Shown here one piece after another: positions 1-13,440 of a stretch of 64,000 nucleotides of DNA (position 1 is the first letter of the stretch; the number at the start of each line of letters is the position of its first letter). The notes beneath the pieces were generated by a model. The model saw only the letters and a program-made list of their open reading frames with translations. It did no database searches and was not told the origin of the DNA. A program made the position numbers and the translations under genes. Origin of the DNA: an uncultured Alphaproteobacteria bacterium (GTDB taxonomy: Bacteria; Pseudomonadota; Alphaproteobacteria; HIMB59; GCA-002718135); assembly GCA_902623255.1 (NCBI GenBank), contig CACNSY010000002.1, positions 100,408 to 164,407 on the forward strand, read 5' to 3'.

Positions 1-49
1 TTATAGAAATAAATTTATTGAATATAAAATAAAAATTAAAGGAGAATAA

Positions 50-253
50 ATGAAAGGTTATAGATTTATTACAGATGATGATACTATTGATTTTTGTCAA
101 AGAGTAACAGAGGCATTATCTAATGGCTGGAAATTACATGGAGAGCCAAAAATGACTTTTGATCATAAAAGAAAAGTTATGAGGTGTGGTCAAGCAATTG
201 TAAAAAGGTCATCAAAAAAATATAAAAAAGGTATGGATTTAGGTAATGTGTAA
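50..253 (+). CDS. small conserved hypothetical protein, DUF1737-like
   Basis: 67-aa ORF with an AAGGAG SD 6-7 nt upstream of the ATG. The N-terminal pattern YRF..DDD...F..RV.EAL..GW.L.G resembles DUF1737 proteins as I recall them. Confidence 0.5.
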   Translation: MKGYRFITDDDTIDFCQRVTEALSNGWKLHGEPKMTFDHKRKVMRCGQAIVKRSSKKYKKGMDLGNV

Positions 254-289
254 TTTTTTTAAATTTAAAATTTAGGCAAGAAATTTTAA

Positions 290-1438
290 TTATTTCTTAT
301 TCATAAGATAAATAAGACATAAACCATTAAATCCCCAAATGACACAAAGTAGATACATGTTAAATGTTAAACCTATATATTGAGCAGTATACCCTACAAT
401 TGCAGGGCCAAATATAAAACCAGAAAAACCCAACGTTGTCAGATTTGAAACCGTTAGAGAAATGGGATCTGAAGAAACAATTATTGCCTGCCTAATTACA
501 ATAGCTATAAAATTTGCAGTAAATAAACCAAAAATTACTAACGAAGGAATTATAAAATATAAATTACCAGTTAGAATACTAACAAACAGAATTGCAGCAC
601 CTAAAATTGATAAATGACCACCAACTATTTTTTCTCCTAAATTATTAATGAAAAAACTAGCTGTAAGCCGAGCTATGATTTCTCCAGTATTAAAAAAAAC
701 AATAACTAGACCACCTAAAAAAAGTGGGGCCATTAAATCTTTAGTTAACCATAAAGAGGACCAATCAATAATAATTCCTATTGTTGCAAAATTAAACATA
801 AGTAAAATTCCAAAAATTAAAATTCTTTTTTTTGGAAATTGGAATTTATCTATTGGATCATTCATATCCTCACTTCTTGGTAAGCTAAAAAAAAATATCA
901 AAGTTATTGATAAAATAATAACGATACCCATTACAAGAAAAGTATCTTCAGGTTGTATTTCATTGCGTATCAAATATGCTGCAGCTAATGCACCTGAAAG
1001 AGAGCCTGCACTAAAGAATGCTTGGTACATTGGTGTATAAATCTTATTTGTTTTACTCTCTATATTTGAAATTTGGGTTTGATTACTTGGAATCATAAAT
1101 CCAATTCCTGCTCCGAATGGTAAAGCAACAAGCATAAAATTTAGATATGAGTTTACTGTAAGAAGAAAATAAGGACAGAAGGCAAGAACTGCAGTGCCTA
1201 TCATTATTATATTTTTAGTTCCAATTTTAGGTACAATAATTCTACCTGTAACTTGATTACTTATTAGATTAGTTACTCCAAAAATAAACAACCATAACCC
1301 TAAATCAGTTTCTTTAAGATTTAAACGATCTAAGTTCCATGGCACATAAACAAAAGCTATACCAAGTGTAAAAAAGAAAACATATGCATTTTGAAAACAA
1401 GAAAAGAGTGCCTTAAAATATGATTTTTCTTCAGACAT
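290..1438 (-). CDS. MFS-type membrane transporter
   Basis: 382-aa ORF that is hydrophobic throughout, with about 12 predicted TM segments and a central basic loop. This is the usual major facilitator architecture. Substrate unknown. Confidence 0.65.
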   Translation of the reverse strand: MSEEKSYFKALFSCFQNAYVFFFTLGIAFVYVPWNLDRLNLKETDLGLWLFIFGVTNLISNQVTGRIIVPKIGTKNIIMIGTAVLAFCPYFLLTVNSYLNFMLVALPFGAGIGFMIPSNQTQISNIESKTNKIYTPMYQAFFSAGSLSGALAAAYLIRNEIQPEDTFLVMGIVIILSITLIFFFSLPRSEDMNDPIDKFQFPKKRILIFGILLMFNFATIGIIIDWSSLWLTKDLMAPLFLGGLVIVFFNTGEIIARLTASFFINNLGEKIVGGHLSILGAAILFVSILTGNLYFIIPSLVIFGLFTANFIAIVIRQAIIVSSDPISLTVSNLTTLGFSGFIFGPAIVGYTAQYIGLTFNMYLLCVIWGFNGLCLIYLMNKK

Positions 1439-1493
1439 AAAATGTTTATATTAATGTTTTTAAATATATTTAAACTATTTGAATTAAATAATA

Positions 1494-2891
1494 TTAAATA
1501 TGAATTGCTCTACCATCAACGCTTAGAGCTGCTTCTTTTACTGCTTCACTAGTTGTTGGATGAGCATGACACACTCTAGCAATATCTTCTGCACTACCCC
1601 CAAATTCAATTGTTGTGACAATTTCTGCAATCAATTGTCCAGCATCATGACCAATTATATGAGCGCCTAAGATTTTATCTGTTTTTTTATCAACTAATAT
1701 TTTAACAAATCCCTCTGATGCGGATGTAGTTAAGGCACGACCATTAGCCATAAAAGGAAATTTGCCAACTTTGAAATCTTTATTTTCTTGTTTGAGTTGT
1801 TCTTCTGTTTTTCCAACTGATGCAATCTCTGGATTGGTATAAACAATGGCTGGTATAGCGTCATAGTTTATATGAGGTTTTTGACCATTTATAAATTCAA
1901 CACAAGCAACTCCTTCTTCTTCAGCTTTGTGTGCTAGCATTGGTCCCGGTACTACATCGCCGATTGCATAGATTCCCTCAACAGAAGTTTGAAAGTTATC
2001 TTTAATTTCAATGGATTTTTTTTCGGTTAATTTAATACCAATTTTTTCGAGACCCAGTCCTTCTATGTTTGGTTTTCTTCCTACTGACATTAAAACTATT
2101 TCGTAGTTTTCTTTTATTTTCTTTTTATCTGATGTTTCCATTTCAACATCTACACCAGACTTACCAGATTTTGCAGAACTCACTTTATGCGATAATTTAA
2201 ATTTTAACCCTTGTTTAGTTAACATTTTCATAAACTCTTTTGCAATTTCACCATCCATAGTTGGAACAATTCTGTCAAGAGCTTCAACAACTGTTACCTT
2301 TGAACCTAATCTACTCCATACTGAACCCATCTCTAATCCAATATATCCACCACCAATAACTAGGAGTGATTTTGGTATTTTAGATAGAGAAAGAGCACCT
2401 GTTGAAGATACTATTTTTGTTTCATCGACAGGAATATTTGGTATCTCAATCGAAGATGATCCTGTTGCGATAATAAAGTTTTTAGCACTAGCAGTTATTT
2501 CATTTTTTCCATTTGTAATAGAAATAGTATTTTTATCTACAAATGAAGCCATACCAGGAATATACGTGATTTTATTTTTCTTAAATAAAAAACCAATCCC
2601 TGTTGTAAGTTTTTTTACAATTTTAGTTTTGCGATCCATCAAAACATTTAAATCTAAATCTATCTTTGATGTTTTAATTCCATGCTCTGCAGCATGATTT
2701 GAAATTTCAACAAATTTTTCAGATGAGTTTAATAATGCTTTAGAAGGTATACATCCAATGTTCAAACAAGTTCCACCTAGTGATGGCTCTTTTTCTATAC
2801 AAGCAACCTTCATTCCAAGTTGAGCTGCTCTGATTGCAGCTACATATCCACCAGGTCCCGCACCAATTACTATTAAATCAAAATCTTCCAT
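1494..2891 (-). CDS. lpdA: dihydrolipoyl dehydrogenase (E3)
   Basis: 465 aa with the FAD motif VIGAGPGGY, the redox disulfide motif GGTCLNIGCIPSK and the C-terminal HAHPT motif. It lies immediately downstream of sucAB. Confidence 0.95.
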   Translation of the reverse strand: MEDFDLIVIGAGPGGYVAAIRAAQLGMKVACIEKEPSLGGTCLNIGCIPSKALLNSSEKFVEISNHAAEHGIKTSKIDLDLNVLMDRKTKIVKKLTTGIGFLFKKNKITYIPGMASFVDKNTISITNGKNEITASAKNFIIATGSSSIEIPNIPVDETKIVSSTGALSLSKIPKSLLVIGGGYIGLEMGSVWSRLGSKVTVVEALDRIVPTMDGEIAKEFMKMLTKQGLKFKLSHKVSSAKSGKSGVDVEMETSDKKKIKENYEIVLMSVGRKPNIEGLGLEKIGIKLTEKKSIEIKDNFQTSVEGIYAIGDVVPGPMLAHKAEEEGVACVEFINGQKPHINYDAIPAIVYTNPEIASVGKTEEQLKQENKDFKVGKFPFMANGRALTTSASEGFVKILVDKKTDKILGAHIIGHDAGQLIAEIVTTIEFGGSAEDIARVCHAHPTTSEAVKEAALSVDGRAIHI

Positions 2892-2892
2892 T

Positions 2893-4074
2893 TTATATTC
2901 CTAATACTAATTCGGATGGATCTTCTAGAAGTTCTTTCACCTTCACTAAAAATCCAACACTTTCTTTTCCATCAATAATTCTATGATCATAACTTAATGC
3001 AACATACATCATTGGCCTAATTACTATTTCATCATTTACAACTACTGCTCTTTTTTGAATATTATGCATCCCTAAAATTCCAGATTGAGGTCTATTGATT
3101 ATTGGGGTGCTGAGCATTGATCCGTAAACGCCACCATTTGAAATTGTAAAAGTTCCACCAGTCAAATCGTCCATGGTCAGCGTTCCATCTTTGGCTTTTG
3201 TACTAAGATCAATAATTTTAGTTTCTATTTCTCCAAAACTCAATTGATCGGCATCTTTAAGTATTGGTACGACTAATCCTTTTTCAGTTCCAACAGCTAT
3301 ACCTATATCAAAATGATTTTTATAAATTATATTTTCATCTTTAATTTCAGCATTCACAGCTGGATACACTTGCAAACTTTTTACTACCGCTTTTACAAAA
3401 AATGACATGAAACCTAATTTGACCTCATACCGACTTTGAAATTCTTGGTTTTTTGATTTTCTAATTTCCATAACTTTGGACATATCAATTTCATTGAAAG
3501 TTGTAAGTATGGCTGCTGTATTTTGAGCCTCCTTTAAGCGTTTAGATATTGTCTGTCTGATTTTAGACATTTTAACAACTTCTTCTTTTTCACCTTTGTT
3601 AGTGTTTGTTTTATTTGAAGAAGAAAGATGAGAAACTACATCTTCTTTATTAATTCTTCCATCAGAACGGGATGAGATGACATCTTCAAGTTTAATATTA
3701 TTTTCTTCAGCTATTTTTCTTGCAGATGGTGAAGATTTGGCAGGTAAAGATTTTGTTTCAACCTTAACTGCTTTTACTTCTTCTTTTATTTTTTCTTCTT
3801 TAGTTTCAGTTTTTTTAGGGCTTGGAATTTTGCCTTTTGATTCATCTAAGATTCCTAAAATACCACCAATTTCAACGTCAGTGCCTTCAGAAGCTTTTAT
3901 TTCTTTTAGAGAACCTGCATGAGGTGCTGGTACTTCAACTGTAATTTTGTCAGTCTCAATTTCAACTAAAGGTTCATCTGCTTCAAAATTATCGCCTATA
4001 TTCTTAAGCCATTTTGAAACAGTTGCTTCCGTAATTGACTCTCCAAGTGTTGGAACTATTAATTCAGTGCTCAT
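2893..4074 (-). CDS. sucB: 2-oxoglutarate dehydrogenase E2, dihydrolipoyllysine succinyltransferase
   Basis: 393 aa with an N-terminal lipoyl domain (ETDK), a Lys/Glu/Pro linker and the C-terminal catalytic motif SYDHRIIDG. Confidence 0.95.
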   Translation of the reverse strand: MSTELIVPTLGESITEATVSKWLKNIGDNFEADEPLVEIETDKITVEVPAPHAGSLKEIKASEGTDVEIGGILGILDESKGKIPSPKKTETKEEKIKEEVKAVKVETKSLPAKSSPSARKIAEENNIKLEDVISSRSDGRINKEDVVSHLSSSNKTNTNKGEKEEVVKMSKIRQTISKRLKEAQNTAAILTTFNEIDMSKVMEIRKSKNQEFQSRYEVKLGFMSFFVKAVVKSLQVYPAVNAEIKDENIIYKNHFDIGIAVGTEKGLVVPILKDADQLSFGEIETKIIDLSTKAKDGTLTMDDLTGGTFTISNGGVYGSMLSTPIINRPQSGILGMHNIQKRAVVVNDEIVIRPMMYVALSYDHRIIDGKESVGFLVKVKELLEDPSELVLGI

Positions 4075-4105
4075 TAATTAAATGCTTAATAACATTTACG
4101 TCAAT

Positions 4106-7009
4106 TTATTCAATTGGCAGATTAGTCTTTAATTTTGTTGAAATACCTGCCCAAGATTTGATAATTTTGCTAATCGAATCTTCAGTTGCCATTTTTATAA
4201 TAGTTTCTTGGTTACTTAAGTGTCTTTCTAAAGAACCAGCGGCAGGAGACGCAGCTGGACTTCTACCAACATAGAATATTTTTTCTTGTTTAACTTTGGC
4301 TTCCTGCATAACACTTTCCAATCTACCTTTCACAAAACCCCAGGCACCCATATTTTTTGGCTCTTCTTGTGCCCAGATGATTTCAGCATCCGTATAATGT
4401 TTTAATTCATCTCTAAAATTTTCATAAGGAAATGGATAAATCTGCTCCAATCTTATTATGGAAAGATTTTTAATTTTATTTTTTGCTATGTGATCTGCAA
4501 GTTCAAAATATATTTTACCAGAGCAAATGATTAATCTTTTATTTTTCCTTTTTTCTTTAACAGATAATTTATCAGTAAGAATTCTATGGAAAGTTGACCC
4601 ATTAATATAATCCTCAATATTAGAAACATTAGATTTATGTCTAAGAGTAGATTTTGGTGTAAATATAATTAGAGGTTTCCTAAAGTTTCTATGTAGTTGC
4701 CTTCTTAAAACATGAAAATAATTAGCAGGACTTGTACAATTAACAATTTGCATATTATCTTCCGCACACATCTGTAAAAATCTTTCTAATCTTCCACTTG
4801 TATGCTCAGGACCTTGGCCCTCATGTCCGTGGGGAAGAAGCATCGTTAAACCAGACATTCTCAACCATTTTCTTTCTCCAGAACTAATGAATTGATCAAT
4901 CATAATTTGTGCGCCATTCGCAAAATCACCAAACTGTGCTTCCCATATAACAAGTGTCTTAGGATCAACTTGTGAATATCCATATTCAAAACCAAGAACA
5001 CCAAACTCAGATAAAAAACTATCTATAATTTCAAAGTAACCTTGCTTGTTTTGAAAGTGTCTTAATGGAACAAAACGATTTTCGTTTTCTTGATCGTATA
5101 AAACACCATGTCTATGACTAAATGTTCCTCTCCCAACATCTTGTCCAGATATTCGAACACCGTATCCCTCATCAAGAAGTGTTGCTAAAGCTAAACTTTC
5201 AGAGGTTGCCCAATCAATACCTTTTCCATTGATGACACTTGTTAATCGATCCCCATAAATTTTTTTTATTCTTCTATGAACATTAAAATCTGCAGGTATT
5301 TCATGAATTTTTTTAGCAACGTTAATTAATGTTTTTTCTTTTACAGATGTTTTTCCTCTTCTTGCATCAAATGTTGCAGTAGATAAACCTGTCCAAGTTC
5401 CCTCTAACCAATCTACTTTATTTGGTTTATAATTTTTAGTTGATTCAAATTCTTTATCTAAAAAATTTTTAAAAGAATCTACAATGTCTCTAGATTCTTC
5501 TTCTGAAAGAGTATTATTTTCAATTAATTTTTTTTCATATTTTTTTCTTGTAGTAATTTGTTTTTTGATGGCCTTATACATTAGTGGCTGAGTAAAAGAA
5601 GGTTCATCAGCTTCGTTATGTCCTGATCTTCTGTAGCAAAACATATCTACAACAACATCAACTTTAAATTTATTTCTAAATTCCGTTGCAAGTCTACAAA
5701 CATGAACTACTGCTTCTGGGTCATCGCCATTAACATGAAATATTGGTGCCTGAACCATTTTTGCAATTTCAGTACAATAAGGTGCTGATCGTCCATATTG
5801 TGGCATAGTTGTAAAACCTATCTGATTGTTAATTACAAAGTGAATGGTGCCACCTGTTTTAAACCCTCTTAATTGTGACATAGCAAATGTTTCAGCCACA
5901 ACTCCTTGTCCAGCTATTGCTGCATCTCCATGAATTAATAAACCTATAACTTTATCTGTTGTTTTATCTTTAGCTAAAGTTTGTTTAGCTCTTACTTTTC
6001 CTGCCACAACTGGGTTAACTGCTTCTAAATGTGATGGGTTAGAAGTGAGCGATAAATGAATTTTCTTTTTTTCAAATTCACGATCAGCAGAAACTCCTAA
6101 ATGATATTTTACATCACCCGAACCTAGTACCTCATTTGGATCGTTTAAAGATCCTTGGAATTTTGATAATATTTTTTTGTAAGGCATTTCCAAAACACTT
6201 GATAGAAGCGTTAGTCTGCCTCGATGAGCTGTTCCAATAATAATATCTTCAATACCAGACAAACATGCCTGTTTAACAATTTGTTCTATCCCAGGTATCA
6301 TCGCTTCACCACCTTCGATACCGTATCTCTTTGTGCCTAAAAACTTTTTATCTAAAAACTGCTCAAATAGTTCTGATTCAACTAATCTTTTATAGATTGC
6401 TTTTTTTCCTTCATTTGTAAAATTTGTTTTATTTCTTACTTCTTCAATTCTTTCTTGGACCCATTGTTTTTGATCAGCTTGTTGTATGTGTAAAAATTCA
6501 ACACCAATTGAAGCAGAATAAGTTTCTTTTAATATTTTAATAATATTTTTTAATTTACCTTTTTCTAAACCTAAACTTCCATCAATGAATATTTCTTTTT
6601 CTAAATCTGATTCAATGAAACCATAGCTTTTATAATCTAATTCTTGAGGATACTCTCTTTCAGATATTCCTAAGGGATCAAGATCTGCAATTAAATGTCC
6701 GTTAATTCTAAAAGCTCTAATTAATCTTAATGCTCTAATTGAATCCAAGGTTGATATTCTAAATTCCTCAGAATTGTAATTCGCATTTGATTTTATAACC
6801 TTAGTTATGTAACTTTTATCTATTATACTTGATGGACGTTCTTTCCATTCTGGTCCTCCAAAATCTTTTAGAACAGAGTAGTCATCTTCATTTAAATTAT
6901 TAAAAAAATCTTTCCAAGTTGTATCCACACTTTCAGGATCATTTCTATATTTAGAATACAGTTCAGCTACATATGGCGCATTAGCACTATTTAAGAAAGT
7001 ATCATTCAT
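4106..7009 (-). CDS. sucA: 2-oxoglutarate dehydrogenase E1 component
   Basis: 967 aa with full-length E1o-like sequence (N-terminal NSANAPYVAELY, ThDP region HGDAAIAGQG). It sits between sucD and sucB. Confidence 0.95.
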   Translation of the reverse strand: MNDTFLNSANAPYVAELYSKYRNDPESVDTTWKDFFNNLNEDDYSVLKDFGGPEWKERPSSIIDKSYITKVIKSNANYNSEEFRISTLDSIRALRLIRAFRINGHLIADLDPLGISEREYPQELDYKSYGFIESDLEKEIFIDGSLGLEKGKLKNIIKILKETYSASIGVEFLHIQQADQKQWVQERIEEVRNKTNFTNEGKKAIYKRLVESELFEQFLDKKFLGTKRYGIEGGEAMIPGIEQIVKQACLSGIEDIIIGTAHRGRLTLLSSVLEMPYKKILSKFQGSLNDPNEVLGSGDVKYHLGVSADREFEKKKIHLSLTSNPSHLEAVNPVVAGKVRAKQTLAKDKTTDKVIGLLIHGDAAIAGQGVVAETFAMSQLRGFKTGGTIHFVINNQIGFTTMPQYGRSAPYCTEIAKMVQAPIFHVNGDDPEAVVHVCRLATEFRNKFKVDVVVDMFCYRRSGHNEADEPSFTQPLMYKAIKKQITTRKKYEKKLIENNTLSEEESRDIVDSFKNFLDKEFESTKNYKPNKVDWLEGTWTGLSTATFDARRGKTSVKEKTLINVAKKIHEIPADFNVHRRIKKIYGDRLTSVINGKGIDWATSESLALATLLDEGYGVRISGQDVGRGTFSHRHGVLYDQENENRFVPLRHFQNKQGYFEIIDSFLSEFGVLGFEYGYSQVDPKTLVIWEAQFGDFANGAQIMIDQFISSGERKWLRMSGLTMLLPHGHEGQGPEHTSGRLERFLQMCAEDNMQIVNCTSPANYFHVLRRQLHRNFRKPLIIFTPKSTLRHKSNVSNIEDYINGSTFHRILTDKLSVKEKRKNKRLIICSGKIYFELADHIAKNKIKNLSIIRLEQIYPFPYENFRDELKHYTDAEIIWAQEEPKNMGAWGFVKGRLESVMQEAKVKQEKIFYVGRSPAASPAAGSLERHLSNQETIIKMATEDSISKIIKSWAGISTKLKTNLPIE

Positions 7010-7060
7010 AGGTTTCTATTAAACTAAAACCATTTCTCATAACAATCATACTAATGGAAA

Positions 7061-7945
7061 CTAATTATTCCCATTTTGCATTGCTAATTTCATTGTTTTT
7101 CCCAATGATGCTGGGGATTTTGATACCAAAACTCCAGCCTTTTCTAAGGATTTAATTTTAGAATGTGCTGTACCTTTTGATCCTGAAACTATAGCACCTG
7201 CATGACCCATACGCTTTCCTTTAGGTGCAGATTGACCAGCTATAAATGCTGAAACTGGTTTTTTTCTTTTTGAATTTGAAATAAATTCTGCAGCATTTTC
7301 TTCTTCCTCACCACCAATTTCACCTATCATTAAAATTCCCTCGGTCTCATCATCTTCTAAAAATAACTTTATACAATCTATAAAATCCATCCCATGTATT
7401 GGATCTCCACCAATACCAACACATGTTGATTGACCTAATCCTACCTCTGTTGTCTGTGCAACAGCTTCATAAGTTAATGTTCCTGATCTGCTTACTATAC
7501 CTATTTTACCTTTTTTATGGATGAAGCCAGGCATGATTCCAATCTTGCATTCGGAAGGTGTGATTAACCCTGGACAGTTTGGTCCAATCAAATATGTTTT
7601 ATTTTTAATAATTCTTTTTTTTATATCAATCATATCTAAGACTGGAATACCTTCTGTAATACAAACAATTAATTCAATCTTTGCATCTAAAGCCTCATGG
7701 ATTGCTTTAGCAGCAAACTTAGCAGGAACATAAATAACTGTTGCGTTTGCTTCAGTTTGTTTCACTGCATCGGCGACAGTATTAAACACCGGTAATTTTA
7801 AATGAGTCTGACCTCCTTTTCCAGGCGTGACACCCCCAACAAGGTTTGTACCATATGCTATAGCTTGTTCAGAATGATATGTTCCTTGTGAACCAGTAAA
7901 GCCTTGGCAAATGAGTCTTGTATTTTTATTAACTAAAATTGACAC
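7061..7945 (-). CDS. sucD: succinyl-CoA synthetase alpha subunit
   Basis: 294 aa with the CoA-binding N-terminus (CQGFTGSQG) and the phosphohistidine loop MGHAGAI. It overlaps sucC by 1 nt. Confidence 0.95.
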   Translation of the reverse strand: MSILVNKNTRLICQGFTGSQGTYHSEQAIAYGTNLVGGVTPGKGGQTHLKLPVFNTVADAVKQTEANATVIYVPAKFAAKAIHEALDAKIELIVCITEGIPVLDMIDIKKRIIKNKTYLIGPNCPGLITPSECKIGIMPGFIHKKGKIGIVSRSGTLTYEAVAQTTEVGLGQSTCVGIGGDPIHGMDFIDCIKLFLEDDETEGILMIGEIGGEEEENAAEFISNSKRKKPVSAFIAGQSAPKGKRMGHAGAIVSGSKGTAHSKIKSLEKAGVLVSKSPASLGKTMKLAMQNGNN

Positions 7946-9129
7946 TATTCTGATAACTCCACAGCTTTCTGAGCTGCATTTGAAAAATCATCAATTGAAA
8001 TTAATCCTAATGATGAATTATTTATAATATCTCTTCCTTCTTCAGAATTTGTTCCTTGAAAACGCACAACAACAGGGAGTTTAAATTCTAATTCTTTAAT
8101 TGCATCAATGATGCCATTAGCAATCATATCACAATGGATAATTCCTCCAAAAATATTTATAAATACTGATTTCACGTTTTTATCTGACTGAATAATCTTG
8201 AAAGCTTTAATGGCTCTTTCTTTATTTGCTGTACCACCTAAATCTAAAAAATTGGCTGGCTCCATTCCAAATTGTTTAATAATATCCATAGTTGCCATAG
8301 CAAGTCCAGCTCCATTAACCATACAGCCTATTTTTCCATCGAGCTTAATGTAAACCATATCGTTTTCAGAAGCTTCAAGTTCCAAATCATTTTCTTCTGA
8401 AGTATCTTTTAATTTTTCAATGTCAGCCTGTCTATACAGAGCATTATCATCAATATTAATTTTAGCATCTAAAAGAATTAGTTTTTCATCTTTTGTCACA
8501 ACAAGAGGATTAATTTCGATTAAAGAAGCATCTATTTCAACGTAGGCCTTACATAAATTTGAAACAATTTCTTTAAATTGGTTAAACTCGTTAATAGAAA
8601 AATTTAATTTATTTTGAAGACTATCACTAATTGTAAAATCTTCTAAGTTATCAAAATAAATATATTGAATTCTTTCAGGTGTTTTCTCAGCTACATCTTC
8701 TATGTCTACACCACCAGCATCAGATACCATCATCATTAATTTTGATTGATTCCTATCAAGAAGAATACTTAAATAATATTCCCTATCAATTTCACATCCA
8801 GCTTCTAAATAAATTCTATTTACTAACTTTCCTTCCTTACCTGTTTGTTTTGTAATCAATATATTGCCCATCATTCCTTTTGCAATTTTTTGTGCATCAT
8901 CAATTGATTCTGTTATTTGTACTCCACCTTTTGTATTAAATGGTTTTAAAAATTTCCCTGCTCCTCTTCCTCCAGCATGTATCTGTGATTTGATAACCCA
9001 AGGTGGTCCTTTTATATTTTGTAAATCTTTTTCTAAATCATCAACATTTTCAATGTAACTTTTGCCTTCAAGTATAGGTAAATTGTACTTTCTTAGTAGA
9101 TCTTTAGCTTGGTATTCATGCAAATTCAT
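7945..9129 (-). CDS. sucC: succinyl-CoA synthetase beta subunit
   Basis: 394 aa with the canonical MNLHEYQAK start and an ATP-grasp domain. It lies upstream of sucD. Confidence 0.95.
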   Translation of the reverse strand: MNLHEYQAKDLLRKYNLPILEGKSYIENVDDLEKDLQNIKGPPWVIKSQIHAGGRGAGKFLKPFNTKGGVQITESIDDAQKIAKGMMGNILITKQTGKEGKLVNRIYLEAGCEIDREYYLSILLDRNQSKLMMMVSDAGGVDIEDVAEKTPERIQYIYFDNLEDFTISDSLQNKLNFSINEFNQFKEIVSNLCKAYVEIDASLIEINPLVVTKDEKLILLDAKINIDDNALYRQADIEKLKDTSEENDLELEASENDMVYIKLDGKIGCMVNGAGLAMATMDIIKQFGMEPANFLDLGGTANKERAIKAFKIIQSDKNVKSVFINIFGGIIHCDMIANGIIDAIKELEFKLPVVVRFQGTNSEEGRDIINNSSLGLISIDDFSNAAQKAVELSE

Positions 9130-9170
9130 TTTGATAAAAAGGTAATAGTTAGATTAGATGAAAAATACAA

Positions 9171-10133
<963 letters not shown>

Positions 10134-10151
10134 TTAAGTTTTATACTTTAA

Positions 10152-10940
10152 TTACAATTCTGTAACAATAGCCTTTTTAAGTCCAGCAATTTCTTTGGCT
10201 GGATTTAGACCTTTAGGACAAGACCTAGTACAATTCATTATTGAATGGCATCTATAAAGTTTTAATGAATCATTTATTGCTTTTAATCTCTCTTTTCTTT
10301 CTGAATCTCTAGAGTCACTTACCCATCTTGCTGCTTGTAAAAGGACTGCTGGTCCTAGATATTCATCTCCATTCCACCAATAACTTGGACAAGAAGTAGT
10401 GCAGCAAAAACATAATACACACTCCCATTTACCATCTAGTTTTTCTCTATCTTTTGGTGATTGTTTTTTTTCGTCTCCTGAGTTTTTTTCTTCATTTATT
10501 TTTTCACGCTGCAACCAAGGTTTAATGGAAGCCAGTTGCTCATAAGCCTTACTAAGATCTGGAACTAAATCTTTTACTACACGCATATGTGGAAGAGGGT
10601 AAATTTTTATTTCATTCTTGACATCAGACATACTTTTCAAACATGCTAATGTGTTAACACCATCAATATTCATAGCACAGGAACCACAAACTCCTTCTCT
10701 GCAAGATCTTCTAAATGTTAAAGTTGGATCAATTTCGTTTTTTATTTTCATAAGTGCGTCTAATACCATTGGGCCACACTTTTCTTGATCTATCTCATAA
10801 TTATCTATCCTAGGATTTTTATCATCTTCGGGATCCCATCTGTAGATTGCAAGTTTCTTTGGATCGTTTGCAGGTTCTTTTAGTTGGTAAGTTTTCCCTT
10901 TAGTTATTTTTGAATTTTCAGGAAGTGTAAACTGAGCCAT
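10152..10940 (-). CDS. sdhB: succinate dehydrogenase iron-sulfur subunit
   Basis: 262 aa with three Cys clusters ([35 protein letters not shown]). Confidence 0.95.
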   Translation of the reverse strand: MAQFTLPENSKITKGKTYQLKEPANDPKKLAIYRWDPEDDKNPRIDNYEIDQEKCGPMVLDALMKIKNEIDPTLTFRRSCREGVCGSCAMNIDGVNTLACLKSMSDVKNEIKIYPLPHMRVVKDLVPDLSKAYEQLASIKPWLQREKINEEKNSGDEKKQSPKDREKLDGKWECVLCFCCTTSCPSYWWNGDEYLGPAVLLQAARWVSDSRDSERKERLKAINDSLKLYRCHSIMNCTRSCPKGLNPAKEIAGLKKAIVTEL

Positions 10941-12733
10941 TAGTAAACTCTTCTTTTAGGTGGTATTGGTTGAACATGATTAGTTAGAGTATTCATATGA
11001 ACACCCCTGGAACCCATACTCACATCTCCCTTATCGTTTAACCAGGCTAAAGAATGAACTAACCAATTATTATCATCTCTTTCTTTATAATCTTCTCTTG
11101 CATGTGCACCTCTACTTTCAGTTCGATTTAACGCAGAATGAAGAGTAACTTTTGATTGTGCCATTAAATTGTGTAACTCTAAAGCTTCGACCAAGTCTGT
11201 ATTAAAGATTAATGATTTGTCTTTAATATCTATGTCATCCATTGAGCTCTCAACTTTTGAATATTCTTCAATACCTTTTGATATGAGATCATGCGTTCTA
11301 AATACTGCACATTTTTGCTGCATTATATGTTGCATGGAAGTACGAAGTTCTCCAGTTGTAGAGTTTCCTTTGCTGTTTCTGATCTTATCAAATCGCTCAA
11401 TAATATTATCTGTTTTTGCTTTACTAATTTCAATTTTTTTAGCATTTGGTTTTACTTTTTCTTTACATGTTAGACTAGCTGCTTTGCCAAAAACAACAAG
11501 ATCGATTAATGAATTTGTTCCTAATCTATTAGCACCGTGTACAGAAACACATGCAGCCTCACCAACAGCCATTAAACCTTCACATACATTATCTGGATTT
11601 TCATTTGTTGGCCTTAGAACTTCTGTTCTATAATTTGTCGGTATACCACCCATATTATAATGAACCGTTGGAAGAACTGGTATTGGATCTTTAGTCAGAT
11701 CAACTCCAGCAAATATTTTTGCAGTTTCTGAAATACCCGGCAATCTTTTATGTAATGTATCAGCATCAATGTGCTCAAGATGAAGTAGCACATGATCGGC
11801 ATTATCTCCACAACCTCTATTTTCACTAATTTCAATAGTCATTGCTCGGCTTACTACATCCCTTGATGCTAGATCTTTTGCATTTGGAGCATATCTTTCC
11901 ATAAATCTTTCACCATCACTATTAGTTAAATATCCACCTTCTCCTCTTGCTCCCTCAGTGATTAACACTCCTGCACCGTAAACTCCTGTTGGATGGAACT
12001 GAATAAATTCCATGTCAGAAAGCGGTAGGTTTTGTCTTAAAGCCATTGCACTACCGTCACCAGTACAAATGTGAGCACTCGTGGATGAGAAGTAAGCTCT
12101 TCCATATCCACCAGTAGCTAGAATTGTTTGATGAGATAAAAATCGATGGATTGATCCATCCTCTAAGCACCATGTTACCACACCAATGCAATTGCCTTGA
12201 TCATCAGAAATTAAATCTAAAACAAAATATTCAATATAAAATTCTACATTATTTTTAAGTGATTGCTGATAAAGTGTATGGAGTAAAGCATGTCCTGTTC
12301 TATCAGCTGCTGCACAAGCTCTCATAGCAGGAGCTCCCTCGCCATTATTAGTTAAGTGACCGCCAAAAGGTCTTTGATAGATCTTGCCATCATCTGTTCT
12401 ACTAAAAGGCATGCCATATTCTTCAAGTTCAATTACTGCTTCAGGGGCTTTAGAACATAAATATTCAATTGCATCTTGATCACCAAGCCAGTCGGAACCC
12501 TTAACTGTATCATACATGTGCCACTTCCAATTATCTTCACCCATATTACCTAGTGCTGCACCAATTCCACCTTGTGCTGCAACAGTATGACTTCTTGTTG
12601 GAAACACTTTTGATATACAGGCTGTTTTTAATCCGGCTTCTGCACATCCAAGGGTAGCTCTCAGTCCTGACCCACCAGCTCCGACAACTACAACGTCATA
12701 ATGGTGATCAATAATTTTGTATGAATTAGTCAT
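10940..12733 (-). CDS. sdhA: succinate dehydrogenase flavoprotein subunit
   Basis: 597 aa with the FAD motif VVGAGGSGL and the covalent-FAD His motif [10 protein letters not shown]. It overlaps sdhB by 1 nt. Confidence 0.95.
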   Translation of the reverse strand: MTNSYKIIDHHYDVVVVGAGGSGLRATLGCAEAGLKTACISKVFPTRSHTVAAQGGIGAALGNMGEDNWKWHMYDTVKGSDWLGDQDAIEYLCSKAPEAVIELEEYGMPFSRTDDGKIYQRPFGGHLTNNGEGAPAMRACAAADRTGHALLHTLYQQSLKNNVEFYIEYFVLDLISDDQGNCIGVVTWCLEDGSIHRFLSHQTILATGGYGRAYFSSTSAHICTGDGSAMALRQNLPLSDMEFIQFHPTGVYGAGVLITEGARGEGGYLTNSDGERFMERYAPNAKDLASRDVVSRAMTIEISENRGCGDNADHVLLHLEHIDADTLHKRLPGISETAKIFAGVDLTKDPIPVLPTVHYNMGGIPTNYRTEVLRPTNENPDNVCEGLMAVGEAACVSVHGANRLGTNSLIDLVVFGKAASLTCKEKVKPNAKKIEISKAKTDNIIERFDKIRNSKGNSTTGELRTSMQHIMQQKCAVFRTHDLISKGIEEYSKVESSMDDIDIKDKSLIFNTDLVEALELHNLMAQSKVTLHSALNRTESRGAHAREDYKERDDNNWLVHSLAWLNDKGDVSMGSRGVHMNTLTNHVQPIPPKRRVY

Positions 12734-13063
12734 TTAAAACACCATTCTCACTAAATTTAAAGTAATTAAAATCATGATAAAATAAACAAGATAATTAATT
12801 GATACTTTAATAAATTTGGCTGTCTTTTTCGATGTGACATAATCTTCAATAATTGTTTGTAGTCCTAATTTTGAATGCAGAAGCATAGATTGCATCATCA
12901 CAAAAAATAAGAATGCATTAACATAGGATTGGAAAAAAATTTCTATTTCAGAATAAGTCATCTTTGATAATGATATTGCAGAGTATATAAACCAAAACGT
13001 CAATGGTATTAAAATTGAAGCAGTAATTCTTTGGGTTAACCATTTTAAAGCATAATTTTTCAT
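12734..13063 (-). CDS. sdhD: succinate dehydrogenase membrane anchor subunit
   Basis: 109 aa with 3 TM segments and a His..G...IIEDY motif. It sits between sdhC and sdhA. Confidence 0.75.
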   Translation of the reverse strand: MKNYALKWLTQRITASILIPLTFWFIYSAISLSKMTYSEIEIFFQSYVNAFLFFVMMQSMLLHSKLGLQTIIEDYVTSKKTAKFIKVSINYLVYFIMILITLNLVRMVF

Positions 13064-13440
13064 GCTAAGTACCAGACAACTAAACTAGAAATTAAAGTTA
13101 AACATATAACAGCATAACCCGATTTATACACTTGAGATAATTCCATTCCAATACCGAATGACCAATATAATTTTCTACATCCATTAAATAAATGGTAAAA
13201 AATACCTACAGTCCAAATCATTAGAACTAGTTTAAACAAAATACTCTTAGAAAGAATTTCAAAATAAATATAAAATTCAGGACCAAAACTAATTAAAAAA
13301 AACCAAATTGAAATTAATAGTGCACCCACACTTAATCCTATTCCAGATATCCTGTGAAAAATTGAAAATACTGCTGTAAGTACTCTTTTGTGAATAGATA
13401 GGTGAGGTGATAATGGTCTATTATCAGTCATTTTTTTCAT
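13060..13440 (-). CDS. sdhC: succinate dehydrogenase cytochrome b556 subunit
   Basis: 126 aa with the N-terminal RPLSPHLSIHK motif and 3 TM segments. It is the first gene of the sdh cluster. Confidence 0.8.
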   Translation of the reverse strand: MKKMTDNRPLSPHLSIHKRVLTAVFSIFHRISGIGLSVGALLISIWFFLISFGPEFYIYFEILSKSILFKLVLMIWTVGIFYHLFNGCRKLYWSFGIGMELSQVYKSGYAVICLTLISSLVVWYLA